Positions 18,919 through 27,751 of a DNA stretch of 64,000 nt are shown in pieces. Within the stretch, counting starts at the first letter, position 1. Each line of letters opens with the position of its first letter. A model generated the notes under the pieces. It searched no databases. It was not told where the DNA came from and saw nothing but the letters and a program-made list of their open reading frames with translations. The DNA lies in the IMG/VR virus record IMGVR_UViG_3300042319_002138, positions 1 through 64,000 of that record; one strand, 5' to 3'. Made by a program: the position numbers and the translations under genes.

Positions 18919-20823
18919 ATGGCAGAAGAAAATAAAAATTTAACGGTATATCAAAAACTCTTTTACCTTTTTGGTCAAGGTAATGGTGGTATAAAAGCCA
19001 ATACCATATATAACAAATACGCTTTAGGTGATAGAGATTTAATTGTTACAAAGTCCAGAGAGGAGTTTGAGAAAGAAAAATTACAAAGACAACAACAAAA
19101 ATACTTAGAAGGTCAATGGGCTAAAGTAGATAGTGAATTATATCAAAAAGCGATTTACTATGAAACTTCTAGGGTTGCCTCTTATATGGATTACGAGGCA
19201 ATGGAGTTTACCCCTGAAATTGCTGTCGCTTTAGATATTATGTCAGAAGAATCTTGTACATTAAACGAACAAGGTAAAATTTTAAGTGTTTATTCTGATT
19301 CATCTAGAATTAAAAAAGTTTTAGAAGATTTATTCTTTAATGTAATGGACATCCACTCAAATTTACCGATGTGGACTAGAAATACATGTAAATACGGTGA
19401 TAACTTTCTTTATTTAAAAATAGATTACAGGGATGGTATTGTTGGTTCTTCTCAATTAACAAATATTGATATTGAAAGAAAAGAAACAGGCGTATTCCCT
19501 TTTCAAGCTCAAAAAGAAGAAACAAAAGAAGAAACACAGAAAAAACAAGTTAAATTCTTTTGGAGAGATAAAACCATGGAGTTTAACGCTTGGGAAATAG
19601 CTCATTTTAGACTTTTAGGTGATGATAGAAAATTACCTTATGGTACTTCGGTATTAGAGAAAGTAAGGAGAATATGGAAACAACTTCTTTTAGCAGAAGA
19701 CGCTATGTTAGTTTATCGTGTAACTAGAGCACCTGAAAGAAGAGTATTTAAAGTTTATGTAGGTAACATTGATGATAATGATGTTGAAGCTTACGTACAA
19801 AAAGTTGCTAATAAATTTAAAAGAACACAAAAAGCTGATAGTCAAACAGGTCAGGTAGATTTAAGATATAATACTTTGGCAGTTGACCAAGATTACTTTG
19901 TACCTGTAAGAGATGCTAACGCTTCTAGTCCAATTGAAACGTTGGCGGGTGCGTCTAACCTAGACCAAATTGCAGATATTCAATTTATCCAAAGAAAAAT
20001 GGTTACAGCATTAAGAGTACCAAAAACTTTCCTAGGTTTTGATGATGTCGTTGGTGAGGGTGGTAATTTAGCTATGTTAGATATTAGATTTGCTAGGACC
20101 ATAAATAGAATTCAACAGGCTATGGTTCAAGAGTTAAATAAAATAGCTATTATCCATTTATATATTTTAGGTTTCCACGATGAGTTAAATAATTTTAAAC
20201 TAGTCCTTAACAATCCATCTACTCAAGGTGAAGTTCTTAAAGTTGAACAATGGAAAGAAAAAGTTTTGTTGTATAAAGACCTTGTTAGTGCTGTTGATGG
20301 TGGAATTGCTCCAACATCACACACATGGGCTAAAAAAAATATCTTTAATTGGTCTAATGATGAAATCTTAGAAGATTTAGAACAACAAAGACTTGAAAGA
20401 GCGGCAGCTAAGGAACTTGAAAATACTGCTGAAATTATCAAAAACACAGGATTCTTTAAGAACGTTGATAAACTTTATGGTGAAATTCCTGTTAAATCAG
20501 ATGAAACGGCTGGGACTGAAACTGGTGGTGAAGAAACTGGAGGCTTTGGAGGCGGTGAAGAAGCTGGAGGCTTTGGAGGTTTAGGAGGTGGTGAAGAAGC
20601 TGGAGGCTTTGGAGGTTTCGGAGGCGGTGAAGAAGCTGGAGGCGGTGAAGAAGCTGGAGGAGGTGAAGAAGTTGGTGGTTTTGGTGAAAGCTTTAGAGGT
20701 GATGAGAATGTAATTAATAAATTATTACTTGAAGGTAGAAAGAAAAATGAAGATATTTTAATGATGACTAAGGGTATAGATTTGTTACTTAATGAAGGTG
20801 ATGATGAAATACTTGGTAGCTAA
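18919..20823 (+). CDS. gp20: Portal protein (T4 gp20-like)
   Basis: EDAMLVYRVTRAPERRVF.V.VGN, QDYFVP.R, ALRVP motifs; position in the head module. Confidence 0.92.
   Translation: MAEENKNLTVYQKLFYLFGQGNGGIKANTIYNKYALGDRDLIVTKSREEFEKEKLQRQQQKYLEGQWAKVDSELYQKAIYYETSRVASYMDYEAMEFTPEIAVALDIMSEESCTLNEQGKILSVYSDSSRIKKVLEDLFFNVMDIHSNLPMWTRNTCKYGDNFLYLKIDYRDGIVGSSQLTNIDIERKETGVFPFQAQKEETKEETQKKQVKFFWRDKTMEFNAWEIAHFRLLGDDRKLPYGTSVLEKVRRIWKQLLLAEDAMLVYRVTRAPERRVFKVYVGNIDDNDVEAYVQKVANKFKRTQKADSQTGQVDLRYNTLAVDQDYFVPVRDANASSPIETLAGASNLDQIADIQFIQRKMVTALRVPKTFLGFDDVVGEGGNLAMLDIRFARTINRIQQAMVQELNKIAIIHLYILGFHDELNNFKLVLNNPSTQGEVLKVEQWKEKVLLYKDLVSAVDGGIAPTSHTWAKKNIFNWSNDEILEDLEQQRLERAAAKELENTAEIIKNTGFFKNVDKLYGEIPVKSDETAGTETGGEETGGFGGGEEAGGFGGLGGGEEAGGFGGFGGGEEAGGGEEAGGGEEVGGFGESFRGDENVINKLLLEGRKKNEDILMMTKGIDLLLNEGDDEILGS
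20520..20690 (+). repeat. Gly/Glu tandem repeats (GGEEAGGFGG) in portal C-terminus
   Basis: Repeated ggtgaagaagctggagg units. Confidence 0.85.
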
Positions 20824-20849
20824 AGCATATTTATTTTAAAAATAAAATT

Positions 20850-21650
20850 ATGAACTTTGGTACATTAAAAGATATATTCGTTGAGAAGTTAATAGAATCT
20901 TACATTTCTGAAGATAAATCAGGAAAAGACTTATATAAAAACTTCTTAAAAATACTTAAAGAAAACGAAACTCTTAGAACAACCTTTATTGTTTACAAGA
21001 ATATCGAGGGTAAAACAATAAAAAGTGAAACAGCGGCTAATGAATATTTAAAAGAATCTATTTCTTTATTAGAAAATTTTAGAGGTGAAAAATCCATATC
21101 TACAGAATCAGAAAAATTAATTTCTTTATTAGAAAAATATAATATTGATTTGAGTGGGGTTAAAACAAAAGGGTTACACGAATCTTTACAAAATTTACTA
21201 ACAACCAAGAAAAGTGTTTCTACAATAGACAAACTACATGAATCTAGAACTAATGTTATTTCTTGGTTAATGTCTGATAAAGAAACTATTTCAGAATCAG
21301 AAGATAAATCTTATGTTAGAAAAAATATTGACCCTAGGAAATTTCTAGAAGTAGCTGTAAATAAATTTAATGAAAAATATAATGATTCCTTAACTGAGGA
21401 AGAAAAAAAGATTTTAAAGGTTTTGCGTGAAAATAACGAAGAAAAAACAAAAACTTTAGTGTCTGATTTGGTGAAGGAAACAATCCAACTAGTTAATCAA
21501 CATTTAGATGATTACGGGGACAATGTAACAGTAAAATCAAAACTACTAGAAACTAAAGATGTTATTTACAAGATGAGTGAAAATAACGACAGTTTTAACG
21601 AAAAAGTTTTAAGGCTGTATGAATTGAAAAAGAATCTTAAAAATGATTAG
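20850..21650 (+). CDS. Hypothetical head-associated protein
   Basis: 266-aa ORF after portal, behind ATATTTAT at 20827; many (L/I)xE sites. Confidence 0.65.
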   Translation: MNFGTLKDIFVEKLIESYISEDKSGKDLYKNFLKILKENETLRTTFIVYKNIEGKTIKSETAANEYLKESISLLENFRGEKSISTESEKLISLLEKYNIDLSGVKTKGLHESLQNLLTTKKSVSTIDKLHESRTNVISWLMSDKETISESEDKSYVRKNIDPRKFLEVAVNKFNEKYNDSLTEEEKKILKVLRENNEEKTKTLVSDLVKETIQLVNQHLDDYGDNVTVKSKLLETKDVIYKMSENNDSFNEKVLRLYELKKNLKND

Positions 21651-22197
21651 TCGATTTTTTAATTACATTGTTAACAATTTTGGTTTTAACTGTACACACG
21701 ATTTTAATAATTCAATAGTACATTCTAATTTACTAACAATAACACTACCTATAGCAGGAATATCTAGTATCATAGAAACTTCAATGGGATTACAAGGTTT
21801 AACTGTTTTAGCCTTTGTTGTACTTGTAATATTAGAATTAATTACTGGTATAGCAGCATCAAGAGCAAGAGGAGAAAAAATACAATCACACAAATTTAGT
21901 AGGTTTGGTTTAAAAGTTTTTGTATGGATGTCCTTATTGTTTATAACCAATAGTATTGGTTTAGAGTACAGTGGTCAGGATGATGTATTATCTACAATGG
22001 CTAAAGGGTTTTTTGTTTGGTTACATGGTACTTTATTTATTTATGTTACACTAGAATATTTAATTTCTGTTTTAGAAAATTTGGGTTCTCTGACTGGTGA
22101 AAAAAATAAAAAAACATTAATCACAAAAATAATTGAAAAATTAAATAGTGTCTTGGGTATAGAAAGATACCAAAAAAATAATGAAGAAAATAAATAA
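21643..22197 (+). CDS. Phage holin family protein (holin 4-like)
   Basis: Several TM segments; LELITG..S.KF.RF.LK and E.LISVLENL motifs. Confidence 0.75.
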   Translation: MISRFFNYIVNNFGFNCTHDFNNSIVHSNLLTITLPIAGISSIIETSMGLQGLTVLAFVVLVILELITGIAASRARGEKIQSHKFSRFGLKVFVWMSLLFITNSIGLEYSGQDDVLSTMAKGFFVWLHGTLFIYVTLEYLISVLENLGSLTGEKNKKTLITKIIEKLNSVLGIERYQKNNEENK

Positions 22198-22226
22198 AAT
22201 TTAATATTATTATTAAAAAATATGAT

Positions 22227-22258
22227 AAAGCCTCCCTATTTTAGGGGGGCTTTTTTTT
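22227..22258 (+). terminator. Intrinsic terminator
   Basis: aagcctcccta-ttt-taggggggctttttttt. Confidence 0.75.
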
Positions 22259-22296
22259 ATGTTAAAAAATTAGTATAATTAAGAAAAAAATTATAT

Positions 22297-23376
22297 ATGA
22301 ATAAAATTTTATTAGAATACATTTGGTTGGATGGTAATCAACCACAACAATTACGGAGTAAAACAAAAGTAGTTTCTAAAGCTGATACATTAAAAGCGTC
22401 AGAGTACCCATTGTGGTCTTTTGACGGTAGCTCAACAAATCAAGCAGAAGCAGGTAAAGGTAAAAATACAGATTGTATACTTAAACCAGTTTTTGTAAAA
22501 CAAGACCCCTTTAGAGGTGGAAACCATTTATTGGTTTTTTGTGAGGTAATGAATCCTGATGGTACACCACATAAAAGTAATACTAGGTATAAATTAAGTC
22601 AGTTTATTTTGGAAAATAAAAACATTGAGAGTAATGTTTGGTTTGGTTGGGAACAAGAATATACGTTAACCCATAAACCATCAATGCCTTTTGGGGAAGG
22701 TGTAGGGTTACCTCTAGGTTTTACTAGTGACCTCTCTAGATTACCTAGACCACAGGGGGACTATTATTGTGGTATCGGTTCAGATACAGTTGTTGGTCGT
22801 AAAATTGTTGAGGAACACATGGAAAAATGTTTAGAAATAGGTTTAGAGGTTTCTGGTATTAATGCCGAAGTTCTTTTAGGTCAATGGGAGTATCAAATCG
22901 GACCTGTGGCACCATTAAATGGTTCAGACCAATTGTGGGTTTCTAGATATATTTTAGACCGTGTGGCAGAAGAAAACGATGTAAACGTATCTTTACACCC
23001 AAAACCACTAAAAGGTGATTGGAACGGTTCAGGATGTCATGTTAATTTTTCAACAAAAGAAATGCGTGAAGAAGGTGGTTTGAAGATAATTGAGGATACC
23101 ATGGAAAAACTCAAAAATAATCATGAAGAACACATTAAAGTTTATGGTTTACATAACAATGAAAGATTAAGTGGTGAACACGAAACATCTAGTATTCACG
23201 ATTTTAGTTATGGATATAGTACAAGAGACACAAGTATTAGAATTCCAGCTCAAGCAATAATTGACGGATGTGGTTATTTTGAAGATAGAAGACCGGCGTC
23301 AAATTGTGACCCTTATATGGTTTCTTTAAGAATGTTAGATACCGTGTATAACACAGTGGCAGAAACAATTCAATAA
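22297..23376 (+). CDS. glnII: Glutamine synthetase type II
   Basis: EYIWLDG, FDGSST, EQEY, NAEV..GQWEYQIGP, HPKP..GDWNGSGCH, EDRRPASNCDPY. Confidence 0.92.
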   Translation: MNKILLEYIWLDGNQPQQLRSKTKVVSKADTLKASEYPLWSFDGSSTNQAEAGKGKNTDCILKPVFVKQDPFRGGNHLLVFCEVMNPDGTPHKSNTRYKLSQFILENKNIESNVWFGWEQEYTLTHKPSMPFGEGVGLPLGFTSDLSRLPRPQGDYYCGIGSDTVVGRKIVEEHMEKCLEIGLEVSGINAEVLLGQWEYQIGPVAPLNGSDQLWVSRYILDRVAEENDVNVSLHPKPLKGDWNGSGCHVNFSTKEMREEGGLKIIEDTMEKLKNNHEEHIKVYGLHNNERLSGEHETSSIHDFSYGYSTRDTSIRIPAQAIIDGCGYFEDRRPASNCDPYMVSLRMLDTVYNTVAETIQ

Positions 23377-23813
23377 TGAAAAGAGGTAAAGAAATGAGAG
23401 TAGAAACCCCATACCAATATAACGTAATATCGGGTACAGTAGATAACAAAGAACCTAAATCTATTTATATCCAAATATCCGCGTGGGGAAAACCTAAAGA
23501 GTATGGTTTAGAAAATTACGATAATATCATTAAGAAAAAATCAAAAAGAGTAAAAAGTAAGTTGTTTGAAATTTTAAACGATACCGAATTCCACAAAACA
23601 AAATCAATAGTAGATTTTAATATGGCTTCATCAGGTATTAATTTTGATAAAAGAAGTTTTATGTCGGTTGAAATAACTTTATTTAAAAAAGAACCATTTT
23701 TACCTATAAATTCAGATGAGATGAAACCAATGATTGAGTCCATATCTCAAAAAATAATATCAGATGTCTTTGAAAAAGACGAAACTTTTGAATTTTATAA
23801 AACAAAAAAATAA
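23376..23813 (+). CDS. Hypothetical protein
   Basis: 145-aa ORF overlapping the GS stop codon. Confidence 0.65.
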   Translation: MKRGKEMRVETPYQYNVISGTVDNKEPKSIYIQISAWGKPKEYGLENYDNIIKKKSKRVKSKLFEILNDTEFHKTKSIVDFNMASSGINFDKRSFMSVEITLFKKEPFLPINSDEMKPMIESISQKIISDVFEKDETFEFYKTKK

Positions 23814-23842
23814 AAAGGAGGGGTAGTAACCCCTCTTTTTTT
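23812..23842 (+). terminator. Intrinsic terminator
   Basis: gaggggt-agta-acccctc followed by T-run. Confidence 0.75.
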
Positions 23843-23886
23843 GCTCCAAAGATTAATATAGCATATTTATAAGAAAAAGTATAAAT

Positions 23887-24654
23887 ATGAAAATATTAAA
23901 ACCAGGTGAAGAAGGTACAGGTTTTTTAGTTGAATATGATTCAGGGTATATTAAACCTGAATTAACTTGCAAAGATGGCGTTTGTTCAAACGTTAATTTA
24001 ATTAGAGAATTTAAGTCTGGAATGAATTTCACTATGGACGGGCCTTTACCTGAAAAAATTGAAATATATGCCGTACTACAAAAGTGGGGTGTAGAAAATA
24101 AAAACGGTAGGGTCTACCCTAAAGATATCTTAGAAAGAGAAGCTAAAAGATACCAAGAGTTTATCAAAATGGGTACTTCTTTGGGTGAATTAAACCACCC
24201 AGAATCATCTATTATTGATGGTGAAAGGGTATCACATATGGTAACTGAATTATGGTGGGAAGGCAAAACTCTAATGGGTACATTAGAATTAGATACAACA
24301 CCAGGATATCATAAAATGGGAATTATTTCATCAGTTGGTGATAAAGTTCTTAATATGATTAGAAAAGGTTGGACCGTAGGTATCTCATCTAGAGGTGTAG
24401 GTTCACTTAAAAATGAAGGTGGTAAGAATGTAGTTCAAGATGACTTTGAGTTAATCTGTTGGGATATTGTAACTTCACCATCAACTCCAGGTTCTTGGAT
24501 TTCTTCTGATAAGAATGACCTTAAACCTTATACGGAATCTACTAATAAAAAAATGGATTTATTAAATAGTAGTTCAAATATAATAGCAGATAACCTATAT
24601 TTATCTGAAAATGAATCTAAATTATTAAACAATTTAAATAAATTTTTACTATAA
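23887..24654 (+). CDS. gp21: Prohead core protease (T4 gp21-like)
   Basis: NKNGRVYP, LGELNHP, GISSRGVGS, WDIVTSPSTPG motifs. Confidence 0.92.
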   Translation: MKILKPGEEGTGFLVEYDSGYIKPELTCKDGVCSNVNLIREFKSGMNFTMDGPLPEKIEIYAVLQKWGVENKNGRVYPKDILEREAKRYQEFIKMGTSLGELNHPESSIIDGERVSHMVTELWWEGKTLMGTLELDTTPGYHKMGIISSVGDKVLNMIRKGWTVGISSRGVGSLKNEGGKNVVQDDFELICWDIVTSPSTPGSWISSDKNDLKPYTESTNKKMDLLNSSSNIIADNLYLSENESKLLNNLNKFLL

Positions 24655-24724
24655 AAAATAAAAGCGCGCAGCAGCTAGCTTAAGCTAAAAGCAAAGCAGC
24701 AAAAATAAATAAAATAAAATTAAT

Positions 24725-25003
24725 ATGAAAAAAGTAATTAAATTAAACGAAGCTGATTTGGAAAAATTAGTTCAAAAAATTATTAGAGAAGAAGGTGAAC
24801 AAGGAGGTCAGGAAATGTCACAAGGTTCAGAAGCAAAAACTGGAAAAGTGTTAGACTCAACAGTTTTTAATCAGTTGCTTACAACATTAAAATCTAAATC
24901 AGCTGACGAACAAGTTAATATTATAATGACATTATTAAAACAAATGGATTTAAAAGGTGGTTTTGGTGTGAAATTTAAACAAGCTTTAAAAACTTTAAGT
25001 TAA
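24725..25003 (+). CDS. Hypothetical protein with KKVIKLNEADL leader
   Basis: 92-aa ORF. Confidence 0.7.
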   Translation: MKKVIKLNEADLEKLVQKIIREEGEQGGQEMSQGSEAKTGKVLDSTVFNQLLTTLKSKSADEQVNIIMTLLKQMDLKGGFGVKFKQALKTLS

Positions 25004-25527
25004 TGAATATTCGTAAAATTATAAAAGAAGAATTACTTAAGGAAGTTGGTGGGTATGATGATAAAAATATCATGTCTATTCATGCCGGAGTTTCTATGAC
25101 TACTTTAGCTAACGTATATAATGACTTAACACTCGTTATCGAAGGTTTAGCTAATGCTGTGGTGGATGGACATTCAAAGAATGATTTTATAAGTTATTTA
25201 AGTGAAACTTCTGAAGTTATTGGTTCTCTTATCAAAGAGGTTGAAACCGTTATAAACGAATTTACTGAAGACGATTTAATTAGAGATGCTAGAAGCATGA
25301 TTAAAAAACTAAACACTTTCAAGAGAAGAGTAGATGTTCTTTCTAATTTTTCAGACGCTATGGGTAATGATGAAGTTTTCACCGAAAAAATAAAACAATT
25401 ATTAATTGATTTATTACCTTCTTTACATAAGTTTGGTGAACAATTACAAATTACTGGTCATGAGTTTAAACATAGATTGGCTGGTCATGGTAGAAGTTCT
25501 TTTGGTTCAGGATTTAGTGATAATTAA
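25003..25527 (+). CDS. Hypothetical protein with RKIIKEE leader
   Basis: 174-aa ORF. Confidence 0.7.
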   Translation: MNIRKIIKEELLKEVGGYDDKNIMSIHAGVSMTTLANVYNDLTLVIEGLANAVVDGHSKNDFISYLSETSEVIGSLIKEVETVINEFTEDDLIRDARSMIKKLNTFKRRVDVLSNFSDAMGNDEVFTEKIKQLLIDLLPSLHKFGEQLQITGHEFKHRLAGHGRSSFGSGFSDN

Positions 25528-25598
25528 TACTTCACTATTTAATTTATTATCCTTATCATTAATACGTAAATAAATTATTAATTTAAAAAGTATTAAAA

Positions 25599-25832
25599 AT
25601 GGGAGACCAAGTAACAAATTTTTTCCTTATCAAGGTTGAATTCGAAGATGTAAACGAAGAAACAGGAAAAATAAAAAAAATCAAAACACAGTATCTTGTT
25701 GATGCAATGACTTGTACTGAAGCTGAAGCAAGAACTCACAAGTACCTAGATGGTACGGTATTAGACTACGAGATTGTATCGGCTGTTAAATCATCAATTG
25801 AGGATGTAATTCGGGTAGAAGTTACAGCTTAA
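25599..25832 (+). CDS. DUF4494-like protein
   Basis: FxxKV......ETG..KK....YLVDA...TEAEAR pattern, a Bacteroidota-associated family. Confidence 0.7.
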   Translation: MGDQVTNFFLIKVEFEDVNEETGKIKKIKTQYLVDAMTCTEAEARTHKYLDGTVLDYEIVSAVKSSIEDVIRVEVTA

Positions 25833-25838
25833 TTAAAT

Positions 25839-25865
25839 AAAGACTCAGAAATGGGTCTTTTTTTT
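25839..25865. terminator. Intrinsic terminator between convergent genes
   Basis: aaagactca-gaaa-tgggtcttttttt. Confidence 0.7.
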
Positions 25866-25876
25866 GTACCTAGTAT

Positions 25877-26305
25877 TTAATCTTGGTATTCTTTAGGTAA
25901 TCCCATTCTATCAGCTAATTTTTTAAATAAACCCGAATGTTCATCACTTTGTGGTAAATCTTCCCCAACGGACGCATGTATTAATTCATGTACTATAATC
26001 CATTTTAGATATTCCTTATCTTTTAAAGCCTTTTCTTTAATACCCATCTCTGCGTTTTCACCATTTTTAGGATGATTAAAACCAGCTATTTTCCCTTTTT
26101 TAATAGAGTTATCTATATTAATCTCTATGTTAGGTAGGGTTAATTCTTTGCCTGTTATCTCCCGATAAACATTTTTTAATTTTTTTTCTATAGAAGATTT
26201 TAAGAATTTGATTTCTTCTAAATCCCCATTTTTTTCTGTTAAATGAGGTTTTTCAATTCTTTCACTTAGAATTTGATTTACAATGTCGGACATAAGATAC
26301 TTCAT
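25877..26305 (-). CDS. SprT-like zinc metalloprotease
   Basis: HELIH motif plus downstream H...FK; behind ATATTTAT on the minus strand. Confidence 0.7.
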   Translation of the reverse strand: MKYLMSDIVNQILSERIEKPHLTEKNGDLEEIKFLKSSIEKKLKNVYREITGKELTLPNIEINIDNSIKKGKIAGFNHPKNGENAEMGIKEKALKDKEYLKWIIVHELIHASVGEDLPQSDEHSGLFKKLADRMGLPKEYQD

Positions 26306-26443
26306 ACAATAATAAATATCAATTGTTTTTAAATAATCTTTTTAAAAAAATCAATCTTTTCCACATTTAATACATATTTATTTGAGAAACTAGCGTTTTA
26401 AAGCGCTATTTTTTCATAATAACAGTTTAAAAAAACAAAAAAA

Positions 26444-27721
26444 ATGGCTGAAACAAGAAAGTCTATCATCGATGAAGCTTTTATGGAAGCGGAGCACATA
26501 GACAATGCTTTCAAAGCCAACGCGAAAGAAATACTAGCTCATACAATGAGTCTAGAAATTGAGGAAATGGTAAAAGAATCTCTAGGAGATTGGAGTGGCT
26601 TAACAGAAGACGAAGATGAAGAGAATGTGGATTTAGAGTTAGACAATGACTCTGATGTAGCCGGCTTAGGTGCTGGTAACGATGAAGAATTCGACTTTGA
26701 CAGTTTAGATTTAGATGACGAGGACGATGATGACGACCTTGATGGTTTAGATTTAGATGACGAGGACGATGATGATGTAGATGTTGTAGACCTTACGGGT
26801 GAGGAAGATATCGAGAAAGTAGTTAATGTGTTCAAAAAAATGAGCCCAGAAGATGAAATCGAGGTTGTTCAAGACGGAGGTAACATTGAAATCAAAGATA
26901 ACGCAACTGGTGCTGAGTACAGAATAGAACTTGGTGGTTCTGACGACACTGAAATGTTTGATGATGAAGAAGACATGTTTGATGATGAAGAAGATATGTT
27001 TGATGATGAAGAAAACGAAGATGATGAAGCCTTTAATAGAATGGGTGAAGAAGTTATCTACGAAATTCATTTATCTGAAGATGAAGAAGGTGATGATGAT
27101 GAATACATGTCTGATAAATACATGTCTGATAAATCTAAGGATGAAGATGGTGAAATGGAAGAAGGTAGAATGCCTCGTACATTATCTAAAGCTGGAAAAG
27201 TTGGGAATCGTAAATCATCTGACATGAACTCAAACCGTGAAAAATTAGGTATGAGAGAATCAACAACACCAAGAGTTACACAGTTAATGACTGAAAACAA
27301 AGTTCTAAAAAACAAAGTTAGTTCTATCAATTCTGAAAATAAGAGTTTAACAGAAGACTATAACAAAATGGTCGACGCTCTTAAAGAGTTCAGAAATAAA
27401 TTAAATGAGGTAGCTATCTTTAATAGCAACCTTACATACACAGTAAGATTGTTTACTGAACACTCAACTACTAAAGACGAGAAGGTGGATATCATCAAAA
27501 GATTTGATGAGGCAAAAACTCTTAAAGAATCTAAAAATATCTACAAAAATTTAGTTAAAGAAATTTCTAAAACTAAAGCTCCAATCAAAGAATCTATTGA
27601 AAATAAATTCAATGATACTAAAAGTAGTGGTTCATCAACACAAATTACTGAATCAAAAGTTTATGTAGACCCCCAACTAGAAAATATGAAAAGATTGTGG
27701 GAATACGAATATAAACACTAA
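26444..27721 (+). CDS. Prohead scaffold/core protein (gp22-like)
   Basis: Very acidic with C-terminal coiled coil; directly upstream of the capsid gene. Confidence 0.7.
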   Translation: MAETRKSIIDEAFMEAEHIDNAFKANAKEILAHTMSLEIEEMVKESLGDWSGLTEDEDEENVDLELDNDSDVAGLGAGNDEEFDFDSLDLDDEDDDDDLDGLDLDDEDDDDVDVVDLTGEEDIEKVVNVFKKMSPEDEIEVVQDGGNIEIKDNATGAEYRIELGGSDDTEMFDDEEDMFDDEEDMFDDEENEDDEAFNRMGEEVIYEIHLSEDEEGDDDEYMSDKYMSDKSKDEDGEMEEGRMPRTLSKAGKVGNRKSSDMNSNREKLGMRESTTPRVTQLMTENKVLKNKVSSINSENKSLTEDYNKMVDALKEFRNKLNEVAIFNSNLTYTVRLFTEHSTTKDEKVDIIKRFDEAKTLKESKNIYKNLVKEISKTKAPIKESIENKFNDTKSSGSSTQITESKVYVDPQLENMKRLWEYEYKH

Positions 27722-27751
27722 AATAATAATAAAATAAAAAACAAAAAAAAA

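Noticed and set aside
12360-27130. Short tandem repeats as a CRISPR array
   Set aside because: All are in-frame coding repeats without unique spacers; no cas genes seen.
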